Assembly: GCA_051971635.1 (NCBI GenBank)
Contig: JBFPLN010000003.1
Span: forward strand, 128,001-192,000
Source: Candidatus Atelocyanobacterium thalassae
Lineage (GTDB): Bacteria > Cyanobacteriota > Cyanobacteriia > Cyanobacteriales > Microcystaceae
DNA length: 64,000 bases
Reading direction: 5' to 3'
In this document: positions 55,666-64,000 of the stretch, piece after piece
Layout of the letters: every line of letters starts with the position of its first letter
Numbering within the stretch: the first letter of the stretch is position 1
The notes under the pieces: generated by a model
What the model was told of the DNA's origin: nothing
The model's database searches: none
The model's input: only the letters and a program-made list of their open reading frames with translations
Program-made: the position numbers and the translations under genes

Positions 55666-57279
55666 TTATATAAAAATATCATCTGACAGTTTTGATACAT
55701 TTGCCGATTTTTCATTGAATAAATTAAACAATTTCCTACAAACAATTTCTTGACTTTCTTTCATCTGTCCATAAGAGAATATCCAAGGTAATTTCTCAGC
55801 TGCATTCATTTTTATAAACCAATCTAAGACATACGGACTTCCGTAAATAATTAAACCTTGGATGAGAGATGTAGAAAATAATTTAAGATAGGAGTCTTTA
55901 GATTTGTCGCATAATCCTGCATTTGTTCGAAAAGGATTGCCTCGTATAAAAATCTGTAATAGTGTCAAACGATTGTTATCTAGAACACTTTGTAAGTTAA
56001 TAGACTCTACTATTTGCAAATCATAACCTAAAAGCTTAGGTATAGTTATTGCAGGAGATTGCTGAGTTAAGAAAGGCATATTAAGTAAATTATCAACTAC
56101 TATTAAGTTACGTTTATTACTTTTTACAATCTTTTCTAATGTTAACTTTGGGCTTATTTTTAGAGATTTATGAATAATATTAGTGACAACTTTTTGAGAA
56201 CTTTTATCTGACAAAGTATAGACTGATTCAATATCGTTTTTATAATTACATATTTTATTTTTTGCTGTCCAAATTTTATCAAGAGATTGATCGATTAACT
56301 CCATTTCCAGCTCTCCAGACTTCACTGCATCATAAATAGCATTTATAGTATATTGTGGATTATCTGGCATCAATAATATATTAGCACCAGCTTTAACAGC
56401 TTTAATCGCTATTTCTTTGGCAGAAAAATATTTTGATATTCCTCCCATAATTAGTGCATCTGTAATAATTAATCCTTCAAAATTCATTTCTTTTCTTAAC
56501 TGCTGAGTTAAGATTTTTTTTGATAAAGTTGCTGGATTTTTTTTGTCCCAACTATTAATTAAAATATGAGCACTCATTATGCTATCAACCTGTGTATTAA
56601 TCACTTCTCTGAATGGAACTAATTCTAAATTATTCAATCTTTTAAAGTCATAATTAATTACAGGTAATTCAAGATGAGAGTCATTATTTGTATTACCATG
56701 ACCTGGAAAATGTTTGGCTGTTGTTAAAATAGGATAATTTTTTGTACCTTCTATAAAAGCTTTAGCCAACTGAGATACTATATCAGGGGTTTCGCCGAAT
56801 GAACGAATATTAATGACGGGATTATTAGGATTGTTATTGATATCAACTACTGGTGCTAGTATCCAATTAATTCCAATGGACAACGCTTCTTTTCCTATTA
56901 TTTTTCCTGTATCATAGGTCAGTTTAATAGCGGTTTTTAAATCATATTTTGCAATTTCTCCTAAAGCCATTAGAGGTGGAAATTCAGTTCCTCCTGAAAA
57001 ACGTTGACCTACGCCTTCCTCAATATCTGCAGCAACAAATAATGGAACATATGATAGTTTTTGTAATTGCTTAGTTCTCAGTGTTATTTCTGCAGCACTT
57101 CCTCCTAATAAAATTACTCCGCCTATATTTAAGTTATTCATCCAATAAAATAATTTATCGTTAGAAGCTTCCCAGGCTGGATAACGTATCTCATGATCAA
57201 ATAAAAACCCGGAAGCACGAACAATAATCATTTGTCCGATTTTCTGTCTTAAAGTAAATTTCTTCCAATCAGGTAACAA
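55666..57279 (-). CDS. nagZ: GH3 beta-N-acetylhexosaminidase
   Basis: NagZ signature KHFPGHGxxxxDSH, ADIEEG, ITDALIM. Confidence 0.85.
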   Translation of the reverse strand: MLPDWKKFTLRQKIGQMIIVRASGFLFDHEIRYPAWEASNDKLFYWMNNLNIGGVILLGGSAAEITLRTKQLQKLSYVPLFVAADIEEGVGQRFSGGTEFPPLMALGEIAKYDLKTAIKLTYDTGKIIGKEALSIGINWILAPVVDINNNPNNPVINIRSFGETPDIVSQLAKAFIEGTKNYPILTTAKHFPGHGNTNNDSHLELPVINYDFKRLNNLELVPFREVINTQVDSIMSAHILINSWDKKNPATLSKKILTQQLRKEMNFEGLIITDALIMGGISKYFSAKEIAIKAVKAGANILLMPDNPQYTINAIYDAVKSGELEMELIDQSLDKIWTAKNKICNYKNDIESVYTLSDKSSQKVVTNIIHKSLKISPKLTLEKIVKSNKRNLIVVDNLLNMPFLTQQSPAITIPKLLGYDLQIVESINLQSVLDNNRLTLLQIFIRGNPFRTNAGLCDKSKDSYLKLFSTSLIQGLIIYGSPYVLDWFIKMNAAEKLPWIFSYGQMKESQEIVCRKLFNLFNEKSANVSKLSDDIFI

Positions 57280-57309
57280 GGAAACCTCAAAAGCTTATTA
57301 AAATTATTA

Positions 57310-57696
57310 CTATATCAGTGAAGAGGAATCTTGCTCAGTTGTATCGCCATCATTAATTTCATTTAGTAAATGTAACATTTCATTTCCTCTTTCTATACTG
57401 TGATCTTGGAAAAACTGTACATCTGGAGCACGTCTTAGTCTTATACGTTGTGCAAGCTCTTTTCTAACGTAACCTTCTGAAGATCTTAATCCTTGCATTG
57501 TCTCGAATTGTACTTCTTCTGTACCATAAATGCTCACGAAAATCTTAACATGTTGTAAATCTCCTGATAAATGTACGTTAGTTATACTAATCATACCGGC
57601 TCCCACTCTATCATCCTTAATATCAAAAAGAAGCATATTAGAAATTTCGCGTTTAATTAATGAGGAGATACGGGAGATTCGACGACTATTGGCCAT
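57310..57696 (-). CDS. rbfA: 30S ribosome-binding factor A
   Basis: [30 protein letters not shown]. Confidence 0.96.
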   Translation of the reverse strand: MANSRRISRISSLIKREISNMLLFDIKDDRVGAGMISITNVHLSGDLQHVKIFVSIYGTEEVQFETMQGLRSSEGYVRKELAQRIRLRRAPDVQFFQDHSIERGNEMLHLLNEINDGDTTEQDSSSLI

Positions 57697-58081
57697 ATTG
57701 ATCTTTTATCATCTACTATAAATAATATCCAGTTTTTAATCAATAAAACTGTCAATACTGTATTTGTAACACAGCATATTCAAATTGTGTAGATTTTAAT
57801 TAGTTTAGCTTCTATTGTGATCTCTTAATATAAAGCACTAAAGAAAAAGTTTATAAGTATTTCGTAGAGTTTTATCTTTAATTAAATAAGTCAGAAAAGT
57901 CTTAAGTAGTTACTTTGTAAATATTTAGTCTTTTACTTGTACAGTGCTTTTAAGTCTTTCTTAAAGCTGCCATAAAACTTCTACTTCTCTATTCACGATA
58001 TTAGAAAGCAATAAGATTTTAGATTATTTAATTAAACATAATAATTTTTATTCATAACTATTTTTCCTATAAACATGTTAT

Positions 58082-58300
58082 TTATCCTCCACCTACTATA
58101 GTTACAATTTCTAAGTTGTCTCCTGTTTTTAAAAAAGTATTTTCCCAATATTCTCGATGCAAAATTTCTCCGTTGTATTCAACAACTACTAAATAGGGGT
58201 TAAAATGCATTGTTTCTAAAAACTGCGGTAAACTTATTTGAGAAGTAAAGGTTTTAGATTTTCCATTAACTTGTAACGTTATTGTCTTAATATTTTCCAT
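58082..58300 (-). CDS. thiS: Sulfur carrier protein ThiS
   Basis: VNG, VEYNGEIL, C-terminal IVTIVGGG. Confidence 0.94.
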   Translation of the reverse strand: MENIKTITLQVNGKSKTFTSQISLPQFLETMHFNPYLVVVEYNGEILHREYWENTFLKTGDNLEIVTIVGGG

Positions 58301-58466
58301 AAGTGACTTTATATTTATAGGGACTTACGAAATCATAACAAATAATTAAATTTAGTATATTGTATGAGATTAGTTTGAACTACGTTTATAAATTTATACA
58401 TGCCAATTCTTTTAGCCTCTAATTTTATTTGAATTGCAAGATTTAATTATTTATTGTTTTTAGTAT

Positions 58467-59483
58467 CTAAGATAGGTAATTTTGTATTAGAGATCTTGTC
58501 ATTTCTTCAGGATTTTCTGCTTCCATAATTAGACGAATTACAGCTACCTGCTTCACACCTAAGGCAATAAGATCATTAATATTACTAATGTTGATTCCTC
58601 CAATAGCAAACCAAGGAATAATACAGTTATCCGCAACATAATTTAAATAATCTGACTTGATTACCTCTTTTCCTAGTTTATTAGGCGTTGAATACATAGG
58701 ACCAACACCTATATAATCAGCACCTCCTTCAACTGCTTCTTTCATTTCTAGAGGATTTGTTGTCGAGCATCCAATAATTTTTTTAGGTCCAAGTATTTTT
58801 CTTACTATTTTAATTGGAATATCTTCTTGTCCTATATGTACTCCATCAGCATTTACAGCTAATACCATATCAACCCTATTATTTATAATAAATAAGGCAT
58901 TATATCTATGACATAACTCACAAAGTTTTTTTGCCACCTCTAGATAAGAGCTATCATCTATGTTTTTTTCTCTATACTGTAGTATTTGTAATCCACCTTT
59001 TAAAGAGGATTCAACTATACTGAATAAGTTTTTTGTAGGTGAAGTGATAAGATATATTGATGTTTGACATAGTTTCTCGTAATGAGAATATTGCATCAAA
59101 GAACTTTCCAATATGTAAACCTTATAACGAATTTTTTTGAAAGACTTTCCCATTTCACTATGATAAAGTTTTCCATACTCTTCTAGTACTCTTAATGATT
59201 CCTGAATACGACATAAATTAGCTTGTAGAAGTTCTTCGATATTATCTTTCACTTCTTCCTGGGGATGTGATAAGTCTATACCTGGATCATTTTCAGTATC
59301 TCTTGATAAGCGCAGCTCAGAAGTATGCCAAAGAGCAAGTTCTTGGCGCATGTCTTTGCAAATTTTTGTTAAATTACTTTTTCTCAAGCCAAAACGACAC
59401 CATTCCTCTACAACTCTTATTCCTTCTCTAGCTCTATCTAAATTAGCATCTAGAATTTGAGCAATTAAAAAATTGTTGTTCAT
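58467..59483 (-). CDS. thiE: Thiamine phosphate synthase (cyanobacterial long form)
   Basis: DANLDRAREG.RVVEE N-domain; QYREK, GVHIGQED, FAIGGI. Confidence 0.95.
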   Translation of the reverse strand: MNNNFLIAQILDANLDRAREGIRVVEEWCRFGLRKSNLTKICKDMRQELALWHTSELRLSRDTENDPGIDLSHPQEEVKDNIEELLQANLCRIQESLRVLEEYGKLYHSEMGKSFKKIRYKVYILESSLMQYSHYEKLCQTSIYLITSPTKNLFSIVESSLKGGLQILQYREKNIDDSSYLEVAKKLCELCHRYNALFIINNRVDMVLAVNADGVHIGQEDIPIKIVRKILGPKKIIGCSTTNPLEMKEAVEGGADYIGVGPMYSTPNKLGKEVIKSDYLNYVADNCIIPWFAIGGINISNINDLIALGVKQVAVIRLIMEAENPEEMTRSLIQNYLS

Positions 59484-59520
59484 AATATATTTCTTTAGTT
59501 CAAACAATTATATATTTTTA

Positions 59521-59576
59521 CATTAAGATAGAAAAAGTGCATTGCTAACTAGCAATGCACTTTTTCTATCTTAATG
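59521..59576. terminator. Perfect 27-bp-arm hairpin (2-nt loop) between tal and thiE
   Basis: CATTAAGATAGAAAAAGTGCATTGCTA-AC-TAGCAATGCACTTTTTCTATCTTAATG. Confidence 0.88.
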
Positions 59577-59663
59577 ATCTATTTCTAATTTAATTGCTAC
59601 TATTAAAAGTAGATCACCATAATATTATCTAAACTAGAAATAAGATTACTGCTCAAGACTCAG

Positions 59664-60644
59664 TTATTTTTCAAGATGAGCTAATCTTGTCTTAAGCATT
59701 TCCTCGAGAGATTCTAATGCCTGCGTAAATCCTTTAATTCCTTCGTCTAATTTGTCATAGGCCATCTGATCTTCTTTGTGCATCTTATCAAAAGTAGCCT
59801 TGTCAATACAAATTTTTTCAATATCCACACCTGTAGCTTTATTTGGGTCAAGCTTACGTGTTAATGTGTCATCAGTAGATTTTAATTCTTCCAGAAGCTT
59901 GGGGGAGATAGTTAACAAATCACATCCTGCTAACTCACGGATTTCTCCAATATTCCGGAAACTTGCTCCCATAACTTCAGTCTTGTAACCAAACTTTTTA
60001 TAATAGTTATATATCTGAGTTACTGAAATTACTCCAGGATCCTCTGTAGAAGAATATTCTTTCCCAGTATTTTTTTTATACCAATCTAAAATCCTTCCAA
60101 CAAAAGGAGAGATTAAAGTAATATTTGCTTCTGCACAAGCAACTGCTTGATGCAAACCAAATAATAAGGTTAAGTTACAGTGAATACCTTCTTTTTCTAA
60201 AACTTCTGCCGCTTTAATACCTTCCCAAGTAGAAGCAATCTTAATCAAAATACGTTCACGAGAAATTCCCGCTTTTTCGTATTCAGAAATTAAAAAATGA
60301 GCTTTTTCAATAGTTGCCTCCATATTGTACGATAAACGTGCGTCAACTTCTGTAGAGACTCGACCTGGTATTATTTCGAGTATTTTTAACCCAAAGCCTA
60401 CTGCCAGTCTATCAAAGGCCAAAGTTGTGACATCAGATTTACTTGCACTCTCACCCAATTCTTTTTTCGCAGTTATCAAAGTATCATCTACAATAGATTG
60501 ATATTGAGGCATCTGAGCTGCAGCTGTAATTAAAGATGGATTTGTAGTAGCATCACGAGGTGTAAAGGTTTCAATAGCTTCAATATCCCCAGTATCGGCT
60601 ACAACAACTGTAAAATCTTTTAATTGTTCTAATAACGTTCCCAT
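59664..60644 (-). CDS. tal: Transaldolase
   Basis: [46 protein letters not shown] before ATG 60644. Confidence 0.97.
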   Translation of the reverse strand: MGTLLEQLKDFTVVVADTGDIEAIETFTPRDATTNPSLITAAAQMPQYQSIVDDTLITAKKELGESASKSDVTTLAFDRLAVGFGLKILEIIPGRVSTEVDARLSYNMEATIEKAHFLISEYEKAGISRERILIKIASTWEGIKAAEVLEKEGIHCNLTLLFGLHQAVACAEANITLISPFVGRILDWYKKNTGKEYSSTEDPGVISVTQIYNYYKKFGYKTEVMGASFRNIGEIRELAGCDLLTISPKLLEELKSTDDTLTRKLDPNKATGVDIEKICIDKATFDKMHKEDQMAYDKLDEGIKGFTQALESLEEMLKTRLAHLEK

Positions 60645-60879
60645 AATTACTCCTTCCGACACAAGTGAAAATTCTAAAATTTAAATGGATAACCTCAGTC
60701 TAGTCAACCTGAATTGTGCTATCTTCTTAACCTTATCAGCCACCCCTTATTTCAGTAAATAATTTCAGGAATTCCTTAATGATTTATTTTCCACTTATCT
60801 AGGAATTACCAACAAATTATTCAAAAACTAAAGAAGCTATTTTAAACTGTAAATAATAGAGGTAAGTAAGAATAATGAT

Positions 60880-61404
60880 TTAGAAATTCTCTCCTTCTGA
60901 ACGGGAGCTTGTAGAACCCTGAGGATTCAAAAATAGATTTCCAGCAGCATCATTTGGATAAATGCAATTAATACTAGGTTTACTTTCAAGAGAACCAACA
61001 AATCCAAAAGTGTTCATTCGATTCTTGCAATCTCTAACTTGCTCTCCTGATATTAATCTTTTTTGTTCTAATAAAGTCATGTTAGAACGTCGTAATACGC
61101 ATCCAGGCTGCATTTGTGGCTGAGTTGCGTAAACACTAAAGGGATTTAAAGATAAGAATATACGCATATCAGTAACAATTGCACTTGCTCCATACTGTAC
61201 ACAAAGTTCTGGATTAGGAGCACTTTTATCAATAACTTCTCTGGAAACAACATTTTGTGGGTTGAAGCTCGCATTAGAAGTTATTCCTATACCTACTCCA
61301 ATACCTAATATAAAAGTACCTCCAAATAAAGCGATTTTACTGTAATTGACATTTGAAGTTATTGATTGTTGTGAAGAATAGCGAGAAGGAGTTTTACGAG
61401 CCAT
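60880..61404 (-). CDS. DUF3172 domain protein
   Basis: One TM; APNPELCVQYGASA, LNPFSVY, PGCVLR, RMNTFGF. Confidence 0.82.
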   Translation of the reverse strand: MARKTPSRYSSQQSITSNVNYSKIALFGGTFILGIGVGIGITSNASFNPQNVVSREVIDKSAPNPELCVQYGASAIVTDMRIFLSLNPFSVYATQPQMQPGCVLRRSNMTLLEQKRLISGEQVRDCKNRMNTFGFVGSLESKPSINCIYPNDAAGNLFLNPQGSTSSRSEGENF

Positions 61405-61568
61405 ATCATTATTAAATTTACTTTGTGTGCATTGAGTTTACCTTTATATCCACCTAGGATAAAAAATATTATTTATATCAATTTCTCTATATTTAAAAAA
61501 AAAGCCTATCATTTATTATGAAAAATGATTTAAAGTAATTTGAGATATCTTTGCGATAAAAAACAATT

Positions 61569-61949
61569 ATGAAAGTTTTACAGATAATAAAAATAGCTGG
61601 AGCAGCAAGTTTTATAGGATTAGGAATTGTTATGATTGTAACTAATCCTGGAAAACATGCATATGAAAAGTATGCTGCTAGAACTCTTACAGGATATTTA
61701 AAACAAGAAGTTTGTTCACAATCTTCTGGAGTATTAGGAAGCTTCCTTTCAGAACATTGTAAAACACTTGTAGATATAGGTAAATCAAATATTAATAAAG
61801 TTATTTCAAATAAAACTGTTCGTCAAAATTACTTATTATTTAGCATTTATGAAACTGAGTTGTTATTACCTCCCCCAATCTCTAATTATGAATTTGAGAC
61901 TATCGGAATATTCCAAAAATTTTATACTTATCAAGCTGATAAATTTTAG
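61569..61949 (+). CDS. DUF4359 domain protein
   Basis: TNP..AYE.YA, two Cys, RQNYLLFSIY.T. Confidence 0.78.
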   Translation: MKVLQIIKIAGAASFIGLGIVMIVTNPGKHAYEKYAARTLTGYLKQEVCSQSSGVLGSFLSEHCKTLVDIGKSNINKVISNKTVRQNYLLFSIYETELLLPPPISNYEFETIGIFQKFYTYQADKF

Positions 61950-62222
61950 ACTCAATATTTACAATTAGCCATATATTTTATTTATTGAAACCGAAGAAAA
62001 ATATTTTTAAGGTTTAGAAAAAATGCTATATCTTAGTACAGAATAAATTAATATGACTTATTTCTAAAATCTCTGTTTTTTTAAAACTTACATAAAAAAT
62101 TTAAGAACCACAAAAGTAAATAGCTGTAGTAATAATTATAAAAATGATTATTATATATCATCAAAAAAACAGATGATATAAACCTTAAACTTATATCAAA
62201 TACTGTAAGATTAGACTAAAAC

Positions 62223-63014
62223 ATGATTCCTCAAGCAGCAAATGCAATAGAAACTTTAATTAATTTAGCCCAACAGGGAGAAATTGATCCTTGGGATGTT
62301 CAAGTAATTGAAGTAGTTGATCGTTTTTTAAATGAGCTAGAAAGTACTAAAGATAACCATTCTGATAAAGTTTTTCAGCAGACCAATCTACCAAAATCAG
62401 GGCAAGCTTTTTTATGGGCATCTATGCTAGTTCGTTTCAAAGCTGATACGCTTGATAAGCTTCATTTGCCAAGTAACATACAAGAAAATTTAGATGAGAA
62501 TGATGATATTGAGGCTGAAGAAGATATTATTAGGGATCACTTATTACAACCAGACCTAGAGAAACATTTACGTCGTCGTAATGCTGCATTACCAACCTAT
62601 AAGCGTCGAGTCAATTTACAGGAATTAATTAATTATATTCAGAAATTTGCAGAAGAGTTGGAAACATCCAAGCCTTCTAAGCGAAATAAGAAAAGTCCTC
62701 GTGCTTATTCACAGAGAGAAGCTACAAGAATGGTTGTTGAGCTTGCGCATCAAGAAAATTTAACAGAATTAGCTAAACAATTAGAGATATTTCTCCAGGA
62801 AAAATATTCACAGTGCATTCAAACTCACAAAAAAATCAATATAGAAGATCTTCTAAGCCAATGGCATGGAAGTTCTAAAACTGATGATAAACAAAAGGTA
62901 AAAACTCAAGATAAAGTTGGAATTTTCTGGGCTTTACTGCTTTTGTCATCACAATCTAAAGTTCAGTTATTTCAAGAAGAACTTTATCAAAATTTATATA
63001 TTCAAGTTTTATAA
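62223..63014 (+). CDS. scpA: Segregation/condensation protein A
   Basis: GEIDPWDVQVI, SGQAFLWASMLV..KA, FWALLLL. Confidence 0.88.
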   Translation: MIPQAANAIETLINLAQQGEIDPWDVQVIEVVDRFLNELESTKDNHSDKVFQQTNLPKSGQAFLWASMLVRFKADTLDKLHLPSNIQENLDENDDIEAEEDIIRDHLLQPDLEKHLRRRNAALPTYKRRVNLQELINYIQKFAEELETSKPSKRNKKSPRAYSQREATRMVVELAHQENLTELAKQLEIFLQEKYSQCIQTHKKINIEDLLSQWHGSSKTDDKQKVKTQDKVGIFWALLLLSSQSKVQLFQEELYQNLYIQVL

Positions 63015-63113
63015 ATAATTTTTTTAAATTCTTATCGAGATTTTTGAAAAGTAAATGGTAAACTAAGCATTGTCGTTTAAAAACCCTATGGCAGAGATTG
63101 AGGAAAAGTATTC

Positions 63114-64000
63114 ATGAAAGCCATGATTCTAGCCGCTGGCAAAGGAACTCGAGTTCGCCCTATTACTCAAACTATTCCTAAGCCCTTAATACCTATTTTA
63201 CAAAAACCTGTAATGGAGTTTTTGCTTGAGCTATTGCGAAAACATGGCTTTGATCAAGTCATGGTAAACGTTAGTCATTTAGCGGAAGAAATTGAAAGCT
63301 ATTTCCGTGATGGACAACGTTTTGGTGTACAAATAGCTTACTCGTTTGAAGGAAAAATTGTTGATGGTGATTTGGTGGGAGAAGCTTTAGGATCTGCAGG
63401 AGGACTGAGACGTATTCAAGATTTTAATCCTTTCTTTGATGATACTTTTATTGTTTTATGTGGAGATGCACTAATTGACCTGGATTTAACAGCTGCTGTA
63501 AAGTGGCATAAAGAGAAAGGTGCAATCGCTACAGTTGTTACTAAATCAGTTTCGAAAGAAGTGGTTTCTAGTTATGGAGTAGTAGTAACTGACGAAGAAG
63601 GAAAAATTCAAACTTTTCAGGAAAAGCCTTCCGTGGAAGAAGCGTTAAGTACAAATATTAATACTGGAATTTACATTTTTGAACCAGAAATTATTAATTA
63701 CATTCCTCCAAATACAAAATATGACATAGGAAGTGAACTATTTCCAAAATTAGTTAGCGAAAATACACCTTTTTATGCAGTTAATATGGACTTCGAGTGG
63801 GTTGATATAGGTAAAGTTCCTGATTATTGGCATGCTATTCGCGGAGTTTTACAAAGAACAATTAAAAATGTTCAAATACCAGGCATTGAAGTCAGGCCTG
63901 GTATCTATACAGGACTGAATGTTGCTGTAAACTGGGATAAGGTTAATATTCAAGGACCTATCTACATTGGTGGAATGACTCATATTGAAGACGGAGCGAC
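63114..64000 (+). CDS. cugP: NDP-sugar pyrophosphorylase, cyanobacterial UDP-glucose pyrophosphorylase type; 3'-truncated, not in ORF track
   Basis: My translation: MKAMILAAGKGTRVRPITQTIPKPLIPILQKPVMEFLL...VNVSHLAEEIE.YFRDGQRFGV; open to the window end. Confidence 0.85.
   Translation, partial: MKAMILAAGKGTRVRPITQTIPKPLIPILQKPVMEFLLELLRKHGFDQVMVNVSHLAEEIESYFRDGQRFGVQIAYSFEGKIVDGDLVGEALGSAGGLRRIQDFNPFFDDTFIVLCGDALIDLDLTAAVKWHKEKGAIATVVTKSVSKEVVSSYGVVVTDEEGKIQTFQEKPSVEEALSTNINTGIYIFEPEIINYIPPNTKYDIGSELFPKLVSENTPFYAVNMDFEWVDIGKVPDYWHAIRGVLQRTIKNVQIPGIEVRPGIYTGLNVAVNWDKVNIQGPIYIGGMTHIEDGA

Noticed and set aside
58301..58466. TPP riboswitch near thiE/thiS
   Set aside because: No CTGAGA...ACCTG core or suitable stems seen here or upstream of thiE
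1384..59988. Many 60-112 aa ORFs antisense to or out of frame within known genes
   Set aside because: Fully overlap well-supported CDSs and have no motifs
1..64000. tRNA/rRNA/tmRNA genes and NtcA boxes
   Set aside because: No GC-rich cloverleaf-like segment seen in the spacers; GTA-N8-TAC cannot be told from chance by eye at this AT content

Overview
This 64-kb window is AT-rich chromosome from a unicellular cyanobacterium of the Chroococcales type (Crocosphaera/Cyanothece relatives). It holds about 57 CDSs, mostly single-copy housekeeping genes: ribBA, glyS, dnaJ, dnaX, ribH, pyrH-frr, map, sbcD, pdhC, mgdE, ubiD, gyrB, cobA, recF, carA, cdsA, rpe, futC, aas, coaE, nagZ, rbfA, thiE/thiS, tal, scpA and cugP. 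Cyanobacteria-specific DUF genes sit among them. I saw no rRNA, tRNA, CRISPR array, transposase, phage gene or intein. Several traits suggest a reduced endosymbiont or organelle genome, most like UCYN-A (Ca. Atelocyanobacterium thalassa, the nitroplast): Lys/Ile/Asn-biased proteins, broken-up operons, 400-800 bp AT-rich empty spacers and near absence of the HIP1 octamer. That identity is an inference, not a database result. Most notable structure: (i) five unrelated long perfect inverted repeats (arms 17-33 bp, loops 0-4 nt) just 3' of genes; (ii) a relatively GC-rich, unannotated secreted protein ending ...PAPEPVPGMW, followed by the longest of these hairpins; (iii) recent in-frame tandem duplications in dnaX (75 bp) and a lipoprotein (93 bp); (iv) a 59-aa ORF missed by the ORF track. 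All gene names come from motif recognition by eye; no searches were run.
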